A stretch of 51,565 nucleotides of DNA, taken from the NCBI GenBank assembly GCA_003427395.1, contig BFEA01000027.1:1249536-1301100 (forward strand), in the 5' to 3' direction. The stretch is from Chara braunii. Lineage: Eukaryota > Plantae > Charophyceae. The notes under the pieces are model-generated. The model had not been told where the DNA came from. It did no database searches and saw only the letters and a program-made list of their open reading frames with translations. Below are positions 11,304-23,033 of this stretch, one piece after another. Within the stretch, counting starts at the first letter, position 1; every line of letters begins with the position of its first letter. The position numbers were made by a program, and so were the translations under genes.

Positions 11304-12199
11304 TAGTTTTCATACCGAGAGGAACTGGACATTCATTCATATCCTAGGGGAATGGGGGAGGTGAGAGAAATTTTCGGGAATACATAGGGGATGTGAGCGA
11401 TGGGGTATTTTACCACTCTGGCATCTGAAGACGAAGCTCCACTTATCTTGACGATCAAGCACTCAAATCGACACACTCCCCTCAGACGACGTAGGTGATG
11501 AACCCGTATTCACGAGCAGAGGACTTAGCCACTAGGACTAGAGAAAGAGAGCGGGGAGATGGAGATGGAGATGGGTTGAGGGAGAAAACGAGTATAGGGA
11601 GAAGGAAGAGAAGAAGAGTACAAAAGTTCCTTGCGGAGAACGCGTCGATGGCGCTGCGGCGAAACAGCGAACCATGGGCCGCTGGAAGTATGCTTGACCC
11701 GCTCTCGGTACAGATGTCGGCAGCAAGAAGGCATATCCAGGCGACTCATGAAAGAGGATTAACAAAAGTGTGGTACGCAGTTATATATCCAAACCTAGGG
11801 GGTGGCCATAAGTTACAAACTAATGGGCAGGAACCTAGTCACATTTTTTTGAAAACCCTAAGGATAGGCGCGGGGTCTGATTCATCGCCTGCTTTATCCT
11901 GAGAGGGCATGGGAGGGGTGACCCGCGTCCAGAGGCCCTAGAAAATGGAAAGCCACGTATTTGGAGTGGCAACAATGAGTCCATTTATGAAAAAAAAATA
12001 TATATACATGTACGTATATATATTTTTTTGAAAGGCATATAATCATTTATTTTTTATTTATTATTATTTATTATTATTATTATTATTATTTTAATATTTA
12101 TTGTAAATCAAACATTCGTATTTTTTTTTTAAATTTATTAAAGAAATTTTCTATCCCAATTTTAAATATATATATGTTTGTACATATATATATATATGC

Positions 12200-12234
<35 letters not shown>

Positions 12235-12764
12235 CCCCTTAAGTTGAACAACTAGTAACTCGCGCCCTCTACTCTCCCACCACAGACCTAGCTGTATATT
12301 TAATGCGGGGTACTTATTATCGAGACGCCTATCATCATCACCAGTCAGAACCCAGCAGACCAACCAGTGCCTCACGTCCTCTACTCTCCCACCACAGACC
12401 CTAGCTGTATTTTTAAGGTGGGGTACTTATCATCAAGACACTTATCATCATTATCAGTTGATCGGAACCTCCTCCCAACCCTATGGTTGTGTATGTGTGT
12501 ATGTATTCTGTATCATAGATGTGTGCCTGTGGGCTATATGTATGGTTTGTATGCTGCTCCCCACCATGGAGGATCTGCGAAGTGAGTACTCAGTACTGGT
12601 GAGAGGTGCTCTTATCACCTCCACTAGTACATGTATGTGTGTGTGTACCTTGAGCTATATATATGTATGTATAGTATGTGTGTATGGATTGTGCTATCTG
12701 GGGTAGTATCTCATTGTGTGTGTATGTGGTAGAGACAAGTCTATCTGGACAGGACCCCCCAAAG

Positions 12765-12836
12765 TCCGCAACCGGACTCGAACCTGTGACCCACAGTATG
12801 AAAGTGGAGGGTTCTACCACTTGTAATACCGTGGGA
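12765..12836 (-). pseudogene. Degenerate tRNA-like sequence (SINE head; possible CAT anticodon)
   Basis: TCCCACGG...AGTGGTAGAAC...CCACT-TTCATAC-TGTGG-GTC-ACAGG-TTCGAGT-CCGGT-TGCGGA. Perfect B-box GGTTCGAGTCC but a mismatched acceptor stem. Confidence 0.65.
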
Positions 12837-13038
12837 AGTGGATAATATGTGTGTAGTGTCTGGACTGGGGGAGATCATCAGAGCAACCAAAGCCAACAAC
12901 AACCAGCAACCAACGTGAAGACTAGACCAGCATACAACACCCATGGACTGACCCCCTGGGTGGTGCACAGGCAGTGTCTGTAATAGTACCATGCATCAGC
13001 CCAGCCGTGCGTCATTCTAACGCCCTGCTGGTGTCCAT

Positions 13039-13113
13039 GCACGAGGCTGCGGAGTTTTGCACCCACAACCTCATACCACAATGCGCATTTCCAACCGGTG
13101 CTCTAACCACTGA
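13039..13113 (-). pseudogene. Second, 5'-truncated degenerate tRNA-like sequence
   Basis: TCAGTGGTTAGAGCA D-arm-like segment and GAGGTTGTGGGTGCAAAACTCC T-arm-like segment. Confidence 0.45.
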
Positions 13114-13572
13114 AAATGTTATAATATTTTTCCTGGAAAGAACACGACCTCATCTATGGATTCTCAAAATTTCAGATTTTTCTGCGTGTTCCTCCAAGCA
13201 CTCACCAAAGTTTCCTCTTGCAAAACGCCTGTTTCGTTGCGCCTGACCTCCTGTTTTGAGAAGAAGGGCCTCAACGGCTGGGCATGAGGGCTTTTTTGCA
13301 GTTCACATGCCCTCACTTCTTTTGGGGGTCTGCTTCCACCTGTGGACCCGTCCAACATCCCCCACTTCTTTTGGGGGTCCGCTTCCACCCGAGGACCGGT
13401 CCTTCCTTTTTCCAAAAGTCCTGGTTCTACCAGAGCTAGCTGTAGGTAGTCCTCAATTTTGCCAAGGACCGGTCCCCCAAATTTTTTTGCCCCCTAAGAA
13501 CCCACTTTGCGTCCTGGTCGCCCGCCTCCAAAAATGCAGAAGCCCACTGTACCGCAGCCTTAGGGCTGCAAA
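13111..13572. repeat. (AG)n-flanked repeat family, copy 2 right part
   Basis: Aligns with 343-710 (aacacgacctc...tatggattctcaaaat...ccactgtaccgcagccttagggctgcaaa). Confidence 0.8.
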
Positions 13573-14828
13573 CATTTTTTTTTTCTTTCCAGATGGGTGC
13601 TCCACTGTACCCATATTCCACTCTACCCACATTAGTGCCAACGGACTGTGATAGTCCTCTGGATACCCCTGATCGGTATTAGTGGGGTCTATGACCAACA
13701 CAGGTGTGAGTGTGAGCGCGAGTGGGTTGTGTGTGGTGTGTGGGAGAGTGTTGGCCATAGCCTCTGCTGCTACTCGATGAAGGGTGGGGGACGATGAGAA
13801 AGGGAGGCACAGCTACTGGCAGGTCTCGGTCTTTGTGTTAGCCAGATCCCCACTGGCGGCCCCAACCCTATACCCTAAACATTAGGGGCAAGGGGCAACA
13901 TGAAATCTCCCCTTCACAGAGAGAGGAAAACTATGCGTGTAGGGGTCCCCTCTAGATAGTCTTAGGAGTAGCTAGTGGAAGGTAAAAACAAACAGAAGTT
14001 GAGAGAAGAATATAGAAAAAAAAAAGGAAAAAAAAAAGAAAAAAGAAGAGGATATCCTGCCGTGACGTGTCTTTCCACTGGATGCAGAGCCAGGTTGAAT
14101 CCCGCTGTCCGATGGGCTGCATGCGATTAGCAGAGCGGCGGAGCGCATTGACCTTCGCTACCAGTAATCGCTGTTCCCTGACCGCTCCGCTATGGGTCCC
14201 GCATTGCCCTCTCGCGGGACCGATCAGCCGGGTCTCATTCAGGCCTTGCGCCAGTGATGAGAGGCCGCCGCACAGCATCTGAAGATGAGCGCGGCTAAGA
14301 CCTGCTGGACACGGAAATGGCCGCTTTCCCCAAAAAACAAAATAATAAAAAAACAAATCGCCGCTCGATCACGTGACACAAGGTAATCCACTGGTCCAAC
14401 GGCAAGGAACCAGTCAAAACACTCTAGCCGACCTTGGCTAACCGCTGTTCGGCCGTCATGCTTGTGTTCCCGCCGCCGCCAAAACAGAGGGAGAAGGTGC
14501 AGCGGGGTTGAGCACTGCACTGTCGTTAGGGGCCAATTAGCAGGGCTTTTTTTTTTTTTTTTTTGGGATCTTGGGAATTAGCGGGGCATAGGTCCAGGGC
14601 AGCGCGTGGCGATTACACAGGCGGACGGGACGGGAATGATATTCGGTAAGCAGCGGAATTCCGGCGGAAGCGCCATTACACATCCGTGGAACTGCGGAGC
14701 TGCGGAACTGTGCGGAACTACTGAGGTGTCTGTAAGTCCTGCGGTAAGAAGAGAGTTAGGCCGGGCGTCTGGCTTTCAGTGAACTGATGCATCGCGTGGG
14801 TTAACGATAGGTGGGTTGAAAATCTATA

Positions 14829-15055
14829 GGGCATATACTCATACTTGGACTTCTACGACTCAAGCTCTGGACTCGATTGCGGTCAGATGTATCCGTGGGC
14901 TAGGTCCCACTTGCACGAATTAAGAGATACTGACCGTAGATTGCAAAGATCAACGGTCAAAATCTCCTAATTTGCGCAAGTGGGACCTTGCCGCGTGTGT
15001 GACCGCATTTACGGTCAGGTAATTACAGAAACAGAAATTTGGTGTGAGTATGCCC
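14829..15055. mobile_element. MITE, GGGCATACTCACAC-TIR family, containing a nested palindromic MITE
   Basis: gggcatatactcatac...gtgtgagtatgccc, flanked by TA/TA. Confidence 0.6.
14897..14993. mobile_element. ~97-bp hairpin MITE (GGGCTAGGTCCCACTT TIR), copy 1
   Basis: Near-complete palindrome with CGT on both flanks; second copy at 49722-49818. Confidence 0.7.
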
Positions 15056-16590
15056 TAGGAAGGGGTAGCCAGACCAGAGTGGGAGAGAGTACACAACCAG
15101 CCTCTCATCTCTCACCCCCTGCACCCTCGAAACTGTCTGTGCCGTAATCTTCAAGTTCAACACGTCTCATCACTTCGGATTGTTCTCCAATTTCCAGGGA
15201 CAGAAGGGCTGGATGCTTTTTTGTTGGTCGTTAGCCCCTGCGTGGCCAACGCTCTCCGCCGCGTGCGCTCGCGCTGCCGCGCCGCTCCCCCCCCTCCCCC
15301 CCTCCCTTCCCCCCTCGTCTTCCCCGCACCCGTCACCTGCGCCCTGCACGCCCGCTCGACCCGCGCGCTCGCAAGCCGCTGCGATCCGCTCACCGCCGCG
15401 ATCCGCTCACCGCCGCGTTCCGCCCCGCCGCCTTCTGGCAGCCGCGTCAGCGCCTGTCCCCCCGCTGCCGCGCCCTGCGCCCTGCGCCCTGCGCGCCACG
15501 CGCTATGCGTCCATCCTGCTCGGCAGGAGAGCCGTGGTCTTTTGTTCCCCTCGTTATCGCCCCTTCCCCCTCTCGTTCCGGTTCCGCTGGTGGTGCGCTG
15601 GCAACTCGGGACCCCAGCTAAGGTACCAAGGTGGGTCCTTGGTCAGGGCGGCCGGGGGACCGGCTCGACCGTGGCTCATGTTTCTTCTTCTCTTCATGTC
15701 CTACCCTCATGCATGAGATCCATGCTGGATTGCTGGATGTGATCGAAGAACCAGAGACGATCACTGCCGTTTGACCAGGTGGACAATCGTGTCGAGAGCG
15801 GGAAATTAGGGCTGATCGTCACGAAGGGGAAGGTGCAGGGGAAGTGGGAACTCTAATTTTGGTGTTTTGGAATGAATGACGCCTAAGCCCGGGCTTCTAG
15901 TGAATAGCAAGAGCACATGATCAGCTGAGTCATTTTCCATGATACTCGCTCGGTAAGACTTCCCATGCTGTCAGGGAAGAAATCATCTTGACCTGGGTGT
16001 CGATCACAACTCTACCCACCGTCGTTTCGGGCTTCTGCAAGTAAGGAAATCAAAGCAGTTCAAGGGAGAAACAGCGCTTAAACACACACACACACGGCAT
16101 CAGACGCGCGCGTGCACACACAAGCAGAAGAGGGGGCGGGAGGGGGAGGGGAAGAGAGAGAGAGGGGNNNNNNNNNNNNNNNNNNNNNNNNNNNNNNNNN
16201 NNNNNNNNNNNNNNNNNNNNNNNNNNNNNNNNNNNNNNNNNNNNNNNNNNNNNNNNNNNNNNNNNNNNNNNNNNNNNNNNNNNNNNNNNNNNNNNNNNNN
16301 NNNNNNNNNNNNNNNNNNNNNNNNNNNNNNNNNNNNNNNNNNNNNNNGGTAGAAGGCGGTGAGCTAAGAGGACGAGGGAGGGGGCGGAGAGGGAAAGGTA
16401 GAGGGGGAGAGCTGGATTCGCGGGCTGGGACCGCCAGTCCGTCTTCTCACTTGGAGACGGACGATCTGCAGCTCGTTGCTGACGAGGAGGAGGAGGAGGA
16501 GGAGGTGGAGGAAGGGTGGGGGGGAGGGGGGGCTTGGTGGAGAAGGGAATTCAGCTTTTGCTCAAACGACTCTGAGAAGGATTAGTTAGG

Positions 16591-17208
16591 ATGGTAGGTG
16601 GTTATGGTAGGAGGGAGGATGGCGTGGCCCCGGCGATAAACACTAGTAATATCTTTGCTGCACTCGAGAGCCGAAAGAGGGGCAAGGGGAAGAAGAAGGC
16701 GGCTGAGCAGAAGAAGGAGACCCCTAAGAAGGATTCCACCTCCAAGATCGTACTTCCCGAGCCCACGCCTTCTCCTGCCGCTGCCTGGGTAGCCCCTCAG
16801 GTTTCTGTGTCGGGATGCTGGGCAGATGCTGTTGACGATGATGATTCCGATGGCGGGTTGGGACCTCTCCCAGATTGGGCGACGCCAAGTCGGGACAACG
16901 AGCCGCCGGCCTCTGTCGAGACTAACGAGGGAGAAGCGGAGGGAGTAAAGGAGGAGGAGGAGGAGGTACACGGCGTAGAAGAAGAGAGCGATGGCGATGA
17001 AGATGACCACGAAGATGAGGCAGACGATGACGGCGAGGAGGAGGGAGAAGAGGACTCGTCGGCACTGTCTGGGCGGAGTCCCCCGACCCTCTCCCAAAGT
17101 AGGTTCCTGTCCACCCCATCTACTATGATTCAACCCACTCCGCCGGAGAGGCAACTCTCGAAGAAGGAGCTCAAGAAGAAGGAGATGGAGGAACTCGAGG
17201 CTGTGCTC
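16591..17208 (+). CDS. Exon 1 (3' end lost to adapter/gap) of a conserved charged plant protein, Arabidopsis AT2G25670/AT4G32610-like
   Basis: MVGGYGRRED...NIFAALESRKR..KKK, WADAVDDDD and ERQLSKKELKKKEMEELEAVL match the family motifs as I recall them. Confidence 0.85.
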
Positions 17209-17246
17209 CTGTCTCTTATACACATCTAGATGTGTATAAGAGACAG
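17209..17246. other. Nextera mate-pair junction adapter (assembly artefact)
   Basis: Same 38-mer. It truncates exon 1 of the host gene and is followed by 36 nt matching 2673-2708. Confidence 0.98.
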
Positions 17247-19109
17247 GGACGCTACTGCGCAATGAAGCGCAGCGAGCTACTCNNNNNNNNNNNNNNNNNN
17301 NNNNNNNNNNNNNNNNNNNNNNNNNNNNNNNNNNNNNNNNNNNNNNNNNNNNNNNNNNNNNNNNNNNNNNNNNNNNNNNNNNNNNNNNNNNNNNNNNNNN
17401 NNNNNNNNNNNNNNNNNNNNNNNNNNNNNNNNNNNNNNNNNNNNNNNNNNNNNNNNNNNNNNNNNTTCCTCCTCCTCCGCACCTACCCGCTGTCGTCCAT
17501 CAGGAATGCTGGCATTTCTAGCGTAGTAATTTATACTGTATATTTGCTTCCCGTGTTTTTCATCCACCCCTCCCTTTCTGTTTGCTTTGTTAACAGAGGG
17601 GGTATTTGCTTCCCGTGTTTTTGATCCACCCCTAACAGGGGAGGGGTTGCATCTCACCCACCGAACCCCTCTCCCCCTCCCCTCTTCTTCCTGTGTATTC
17701 TTTGCTCGGTCCCACCGTCTTAGCATCTTCTGGTGGCGCGGCGGCCAGAGTCACGAAGGCCGTCCATCCGTCCATGCGTGCGTGATCTGTGCATATATCT
17801 ATATATATATATTTTTTCTTTTATATTTATATATTTTGTTTTACACGTATGGGTGTGCATCTCCACTTGTCAAAGATCAATAATTCTCGATTCCCCGTTC
17901 GCCTGCCAGTCGCTCTGCCACGTGGCTTTCAAGGGGAATGCATATGATTGGATCAATGATGGAGTTCGCGGCGCGGTCAGGCAGGAAGCAGAGGAACCAG
18001 CCAGCCATCGAAACAACGAAGCAATGAGCCAATTGCTGACGACTCTGGCTTTTGTCGATCGTAAGGGAGAAATGATAGAGAAGATTCACGATGGAAGGAG
18101 GGGGATGGAGGGTGGTTGTCGGAGTTCTGCCGTCCGTGGCAGGGTGAAAAAGGGCGGGACTTTCTTTTCTGATTAGTTTTTCTGATTAGTCTTGTGCTCT
18201 GCCAGTACATAACCCTTGACATTTTCCTTCTGGTGGTCAATCATAATGGAATGGACCGTGGCGCTCTTGCTGCGCTGCATGCATTTTAAAAATCCTGCGT
18301 TGGGAGAGTAGATTGCTTAGTGGTTCTAGTTTCGACTGCGCTTTCGAGATGAGTCGAAAGCTCAGCAGATGGGAGAGTAGTTCAGTCGGTGAGTTGTTAT
18401 CTCTTTTTCTCCATCATGTAGATCGTCGTCGGGAATAAGCGAAGTCGATTTTCGACTGCGCCCCCAGTTACTCCCGACCATAACCTGTGAGTGGTCGTGG
18501 TGCATTGATTCACTGAGAGAGATATATGGGTTGAGACGGACGATGATGACGACATCATGCTGGCCGTTGCTCTGTTTTACCGCCCTTTCTTTCCCCTTTC
18601 CCTTTCACTCTCTTCTTCCCTACTGACTCCACGGTCGTGCTTCTTTATTCCGTCTCTATCTTCCTCTTCCCTCCTCTTCGTCAGATGCTCTCCCCCCTCT
18701 CTTCCCGGTGGCTCCTCTCTTTTTCCTTTCCTGCGCTCTCCTTTTGCCCTGCTATTTGCCTCCACTCTGCTTCTCCTCTTCCTCTTCCCCCCATCCTCCT
18801 CCTTTCTTCCACCGCTTCTCCGTCCCCCTCTAGCCGTCTTCTTTCTCTCTCGTTTCCCTCTCTTATCCTTTGTGCCCCCTCTTTTTCTTTCCCTCCTTTC
18901 TCCTTTCCCTCCTTGCCCCCCTCTTTTTCTTCCCCTCCTTTCTCCTTTCCCTCCTTGCCCCCATCTGATTTCCGCCTCCGTTCCTCTTTCCTCTCGGCCA
19001 CCGTCTGTGTTCTTCCTTCCCTCCCTCTCCCCCCCCGGCCCGCCGCCTCTCTCCATCGGCCCCCTTCCTTTTTCTGCTGTCCTCGTCTGTCATTCCCTTC
19101 TCTCTCTCA

Positions 19110-19255
19110 GGGCATACTCACACTTTCGTAGATGTATCTGACTGCAATTACGCCCTGACCTGGATGAACCTCGCTGAAATCATGTCCAGGATGAACCTCA
19201 CTGAAATCATGTCCAGAGCTAAGTAGTAGAACAAGTCCCTCGTGTGAGTATGCCC
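19110..19255. mobile_element. PIF/Harbinger (Tourist-like) MITE
   Basis: Perfect 14-bp TIR GGGCATACTCACAC/GTGTGAGTATGCCC with 3-bp TSD TCA/TCA. Confidence 0.8.
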
Positions 19256-20384
19256 TCACTCGCCCTGTTTTCTGCCTTTTCGTCTCACCCCTCTCTCGAC
19301 TAATCTCACGCGCATCCTCGCCATCGTCCTTCTCCGTCTTTGACCGTCGTCGTTTTTTCTCGGCATCGTCTCCTACCGTAGTTCTCTCTCCACTTCACTT
19401 CCTTCCTCGTCGTCTCTCCCGCTTATTTTCTCCTCTTTCCTCTCTCCTCTCTCCTCTCCCCTCTCCCCTCTACCACCGCGGGCTCTGTCTCTTCCCCCTT
19501 CTTTGTCGTTCTCACCCCCTTCCTCGCCCTCCTGTGTCGTTCTGACCCCCTTCCTCGCCCCCCTGTGTCGTTCTGACTCCCTTCCTCGCCCCCAATTTCG
19601 CATCCTCTGCTCTCCTACGTTTCGTCTCCATTTCTTCTCTCCTGTTCGTTCTGTCCTCTTTCGCTTGCTTTCCCTGCTTCCTCCTTCCCCCCCCTCTCCC
19701 TTTACCGGGAACATTTCTGACTCTTTTGCTTTTTGAGTAGAATGAGCAGCGACCGCTGTCGTTCATAAAATGCTCCGCGTAGAGGAGAATTTTCTGCTGA
19801 TTTCTGTATTTGATTACTTCGGTCGTCTCCTTTTGATTCCGTTTGCTACGAGTAACACTCGAGAAATCTCTGAGAGAGATCATGAATAGATGAGGATAGG
19901 GCGATGATGACCAATTGCAGAACATTGTACTCATGCTTGTCCACTGAAGCTGCGCACAGAGCGATGTGTGAGAGAAAGGGTGATTAGACGGGGGGAGAGG
20001 GAGGAAGAGCATCTGACGTAGAGGGGGTTGCGATTAGGGTACAGGGCGGGGTGACGTCGATAATCGACCTCGGGGGCTCAAGCTGTGACCCGGACCAGAT
20101 CATGCCTGCTGCTGCTAACGTGGGTAACACTGTAATGGTGATATCCTTGTTCTCGGGTATCCAAGTCATCTGCTCAGTCTGACCCAGAATGGCCAATCAA
20201 CATGCGTGCTGCTGCTGACGTGTAATGATTATGCATTACTAAGAAAAAAAATAGCAGTTTGTTCTGGATGGGCGCCGGTAGCATCTCGATCTTCTTTCTT
20301 GCATCATCGCCCCTGGCTGGTCGATCGCGATTAGCGGGTGGCTCCATTTCTAGTAAGTAGAATACGGCATGTTGATTGGCTTTT

Positions 20385-20580
20385 CCCTTGATTGATTAGT
20401 GTTGATTAGTGTCTTTTTCATGATTGATTGATTGATTGATTGATTAGTGTTGATTAATGTCTTTTCCGTGATTGATTGATTGATTAGTGTTGATTAGTGT
20501 CTTTTCCGGGATTGATTGATTGATTGATTAGTGTTGATTAGTGTCTTTTCCGTGATTGGTTGATTGATTGATTAGTGTCA
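20385..20580. repeat. Compound minisatellite (GATT)n-AGTGTT-GATTAGTGTCTTTTCC
   Basis: About four to five ~40-bp units. Confidence 0.85.
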
Positions 20581-20890
20581 TGGCCTGAGTGCGAAAGGTC
20601 ACGCACGCTGGCTGGTGCTTTCGTGCGTCTTAAGAGAGATGCCTTTGTTCTCCGGAGGCGCCGTGAAGGACGGTGATGTTCACGAGGAGGATGACCAAGA
20701 AAGGGTCGTGATGAAGACGAGGGATAGGACATTTAACCGGGATCGGGATCGGGATGCGTCGTCAAGGGCGGTTGATGATGATGAACAGAGCCACAATTGT
20801 TGGGTAGGTGATGAGTATGAAGAGGATCATGAAAGTGAGGAAGATGATGATGATGATGTTGTTGTGACATCAGGTTTGCGGATTGCTGAT

Positions 20891-20936
<46 letters not shown>

Positions 20937-22202
20937 ATTTCCCACCCTGTCTCCTCTCACGAGCGCACTCCGGCGTGCTGACAAATCCCAGTATGTAATT
21001 GCCCTTCGCAGGGTGATTATTGGGCGAGCTGACGTGGGCCGCCTGTTGTTTCCTCTCGTCTCATCTCCTACCAAGTACGCCAAACACTGTCTTCATGTTT
21101 TCCGCCCTTGGTCCGGTACACCAGTAAAATGCCTTTTCTATGTAGCGAGAGGGGGAGGCGGTTGTCAAGTCAAATAAAGACACCTTGGCACAAACTTAAA
21201 AAATATTTTTGTGGCGTATTCAAGCATGAAATGCAGGTGTTGACGGCGTTGGAGAATAGTGCCGCTTTCCCCATCCCGTCCCCCGCCTCGCCCCGCTTTC
21301 CCCATCCCGTCCGCCGCCTTTCCCCCGCCTTTCCCCATCCCGTCCGCCGCCTTTCCGCCGCCTTTCCCAACCCCTCGCACCCCTCGCGGGCGCCCGGCGC
21401 ACAAGCGAGAGTAATGTCAAGCGTCGCTATCACAGTGTAATACTGTATGTATTCATTAATACTATGGAGCATCACGCGCGTAGGATGTGATCCGATCATC
21501 ATGTGATAGGAACGCTATATGATTATTACATCGTCGTTGTTGAGATAAGGACTCCTTCCTTGTTACGGGAATCCAATCCTTACTGCGAAGGTACTTCACC
21601 GTGCGCGACTCTAGATTGTCCTACGTGATGTGTATCCGTTCTCATAAACACCACTGCAAGCCCCATGCAGTAGACTTGTCCCAGCTGGCGCTGCTGGTGT
21701 CGCAGTCACAGACTCTGCTCGTCTCTGTAGCCGCCACTCGCGTCTCTTGGTCGCCGCTCTTTCGCCCAGCGGCGGCGATTAGTCGACATAAGCGGCGATT
21801 AAGCACACAGGGATTGCTCGTCCTCTGACTCGAGGCATGTGTCAATAACGGAGGTGTACAGTAGTCAAAAGGGTATGCTACAAACTCTCACACCTCTCTG
21901 CGTTGCTCTCTCCCCCTCTCTTCTCCAATGGCATACTGGCGCATCTCTTGTTCGCCTGCTCTCTACTTCATCGCTTATGCCGTGTAGCTATGGTTCTTCT
22001 CCTGCCTTGTTGTCCTACCTGGCAGCAGGCAGCGGGATGGAAAACGTTGTTGTTGTATCTTCTTCTTTAAAAAGAAAAAAGCAAAAGAAAAAGCATTCTA
22101 TCAGGTTATAGAATCAGTGGTAGATCTGCGACACTTGTCAGATCAATGCTGTTGCAAATCAGGTCATGAGCACAACGGTGATGATCAATTGAGGGAGCAC
22201 TG

Positions 22203-22302
22203 CACTAGAACACTACACTAGAACACTACACTAGAACACTACACTAGAACACCACGCTAGGAAACTGCATTAGAAAACTATACGAGAAAAACTACACTAG
22301 AA
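22203..22302. repeat. Short tandem repeat of CACTAGAACACTA (13-bp unit)
   Basis: Several degenerating units. Confidence 0.8.
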
Positions 22303-22688
22303 GAGAAGAAAGGAGAGACGGATCGTGGCAGTGTAATGATGGAAGGACGAACAAGTGGGTCAGTGTGCCCATAGCAGCACGACGGCGAAAAGTGGTTGGG
22401 CCCTCAGTTTCCTGGTTTTAGGGGAGCGCCGCGTGTTGAGTTTGATTTGGAGTTCGTTCTTGTTTAGCCGACCTTTCGAACATAGGATAGGGCGTCGCAG
22501 CACGGGATACGAAACGAAAAAAGAAACGAGTGCATCTTCCTGCAGAAAATGGCCAGGTTCATCGGTTTGCTATAAATAGTAACGAGTGTATTTTGCCACC
22601 TTTCGTGGGCAGATGCACTCGTTTCGTTTTCGTTTCGTGTGCCCTGCGGCGAGACCCATAGACTTGTAGGTGCACGCCAGACCAAGAA

Positions 22689-22875
22689 TTGTTCCTGGTT
22701 TCGGAAACCCGGCGTGTTGAGTGGATTTCCTATATGCTGGACTGGACCAAGAATTCAGCTGACCTTCAAAACGTAGAATACCTTTGTTCCTGGTTTGGGA
22801 AACCCGGCGTGTTGAGTGGATTTCCTATATGCTGGACTGGACCAAGAATTCTGCTGACCTTCAAAACGTAGAATA
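22689..22875. repeat. ~95-bp tandem duplication
   Basis: ttgttcctggttt.ggaaacccggcgtgttgagtgg...caaaacgtagaata occurs twice. Confidence 0.85.
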
Positions 22876-23033
22876 GGATTGTAGGTTAGGTTAAGGCCAG
22901 ACTTTGTGTCTGTACGGGGAACAAGATCGCGGGCTCAGAACGTGGGGGAACCATAGCGAAGAAGCAAATGGATCCAAACCAACCGAACGAAATTGCAAAA
23001 CTACCCTTCAGTCAATTGAACGTTCCTTTGTAG

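Larger units (their letters stand above)
2663..12200 (-). mobile_element. Penelope-like retroelement (Naiad/Chlamys-type RT) with ~2.55-kb direct terminal repeats (pseudo-LTRs), inserted in a (TG/CA)n tract
   Basis: Direct repeats 2663-5269 and 9640-12200 (offset 6977-6980) flank a PLE-type RT region. (TG)n lies at 2649-2662, 5270-5428, 9630-9639 and 12201-12232. Each repeat contains a hammerhead ribozyme. Confidence 0.85.
9640..12200 (-). repeat. 5' terminal repeat (pLTR copy 2)
   Basis: Near-identical to 2663-5269. Confidence 0.95.
2062..13113 (-). mobile_element. tRNA-derived SINE-like retroposon (~1.45 kb net: 2062-2662 plus 12233-13113), interrupted by the PLE
   Basis: Poly(T) at 2062-2087 is the poly(A) tail. 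Two tRNA-like segments lie at the far end. The host repeat breaks at ~2062 and resumes at 13111 (tgaaaatgtt; compare 343 onward). Confidence 0.6.

Noticed and set aside
2663-12200. Ty1/Ty3 LTR retrotransposon or DIRS element
   Set aside because: No TG...CA termini independent of the microsatellite, and no PBS/PPT, integrase, protease, RNase H or tyrosine recombinase seen. The RT motifs are PLE-type.
12765-12836. Functional tRNA gene
   Set aside because: Acceptor and D stems are mismatched, and it lies inside a poly(A)-tailed insertion.
18557-19736. Long low-complexity ORFs here, at 15157-15742 and 29952-30536, and ORFs spanning SSRs or N-gaps
   Set aside because: Explained by CT/GA/GC compositional skew or undefined bases; no recognisable domains.
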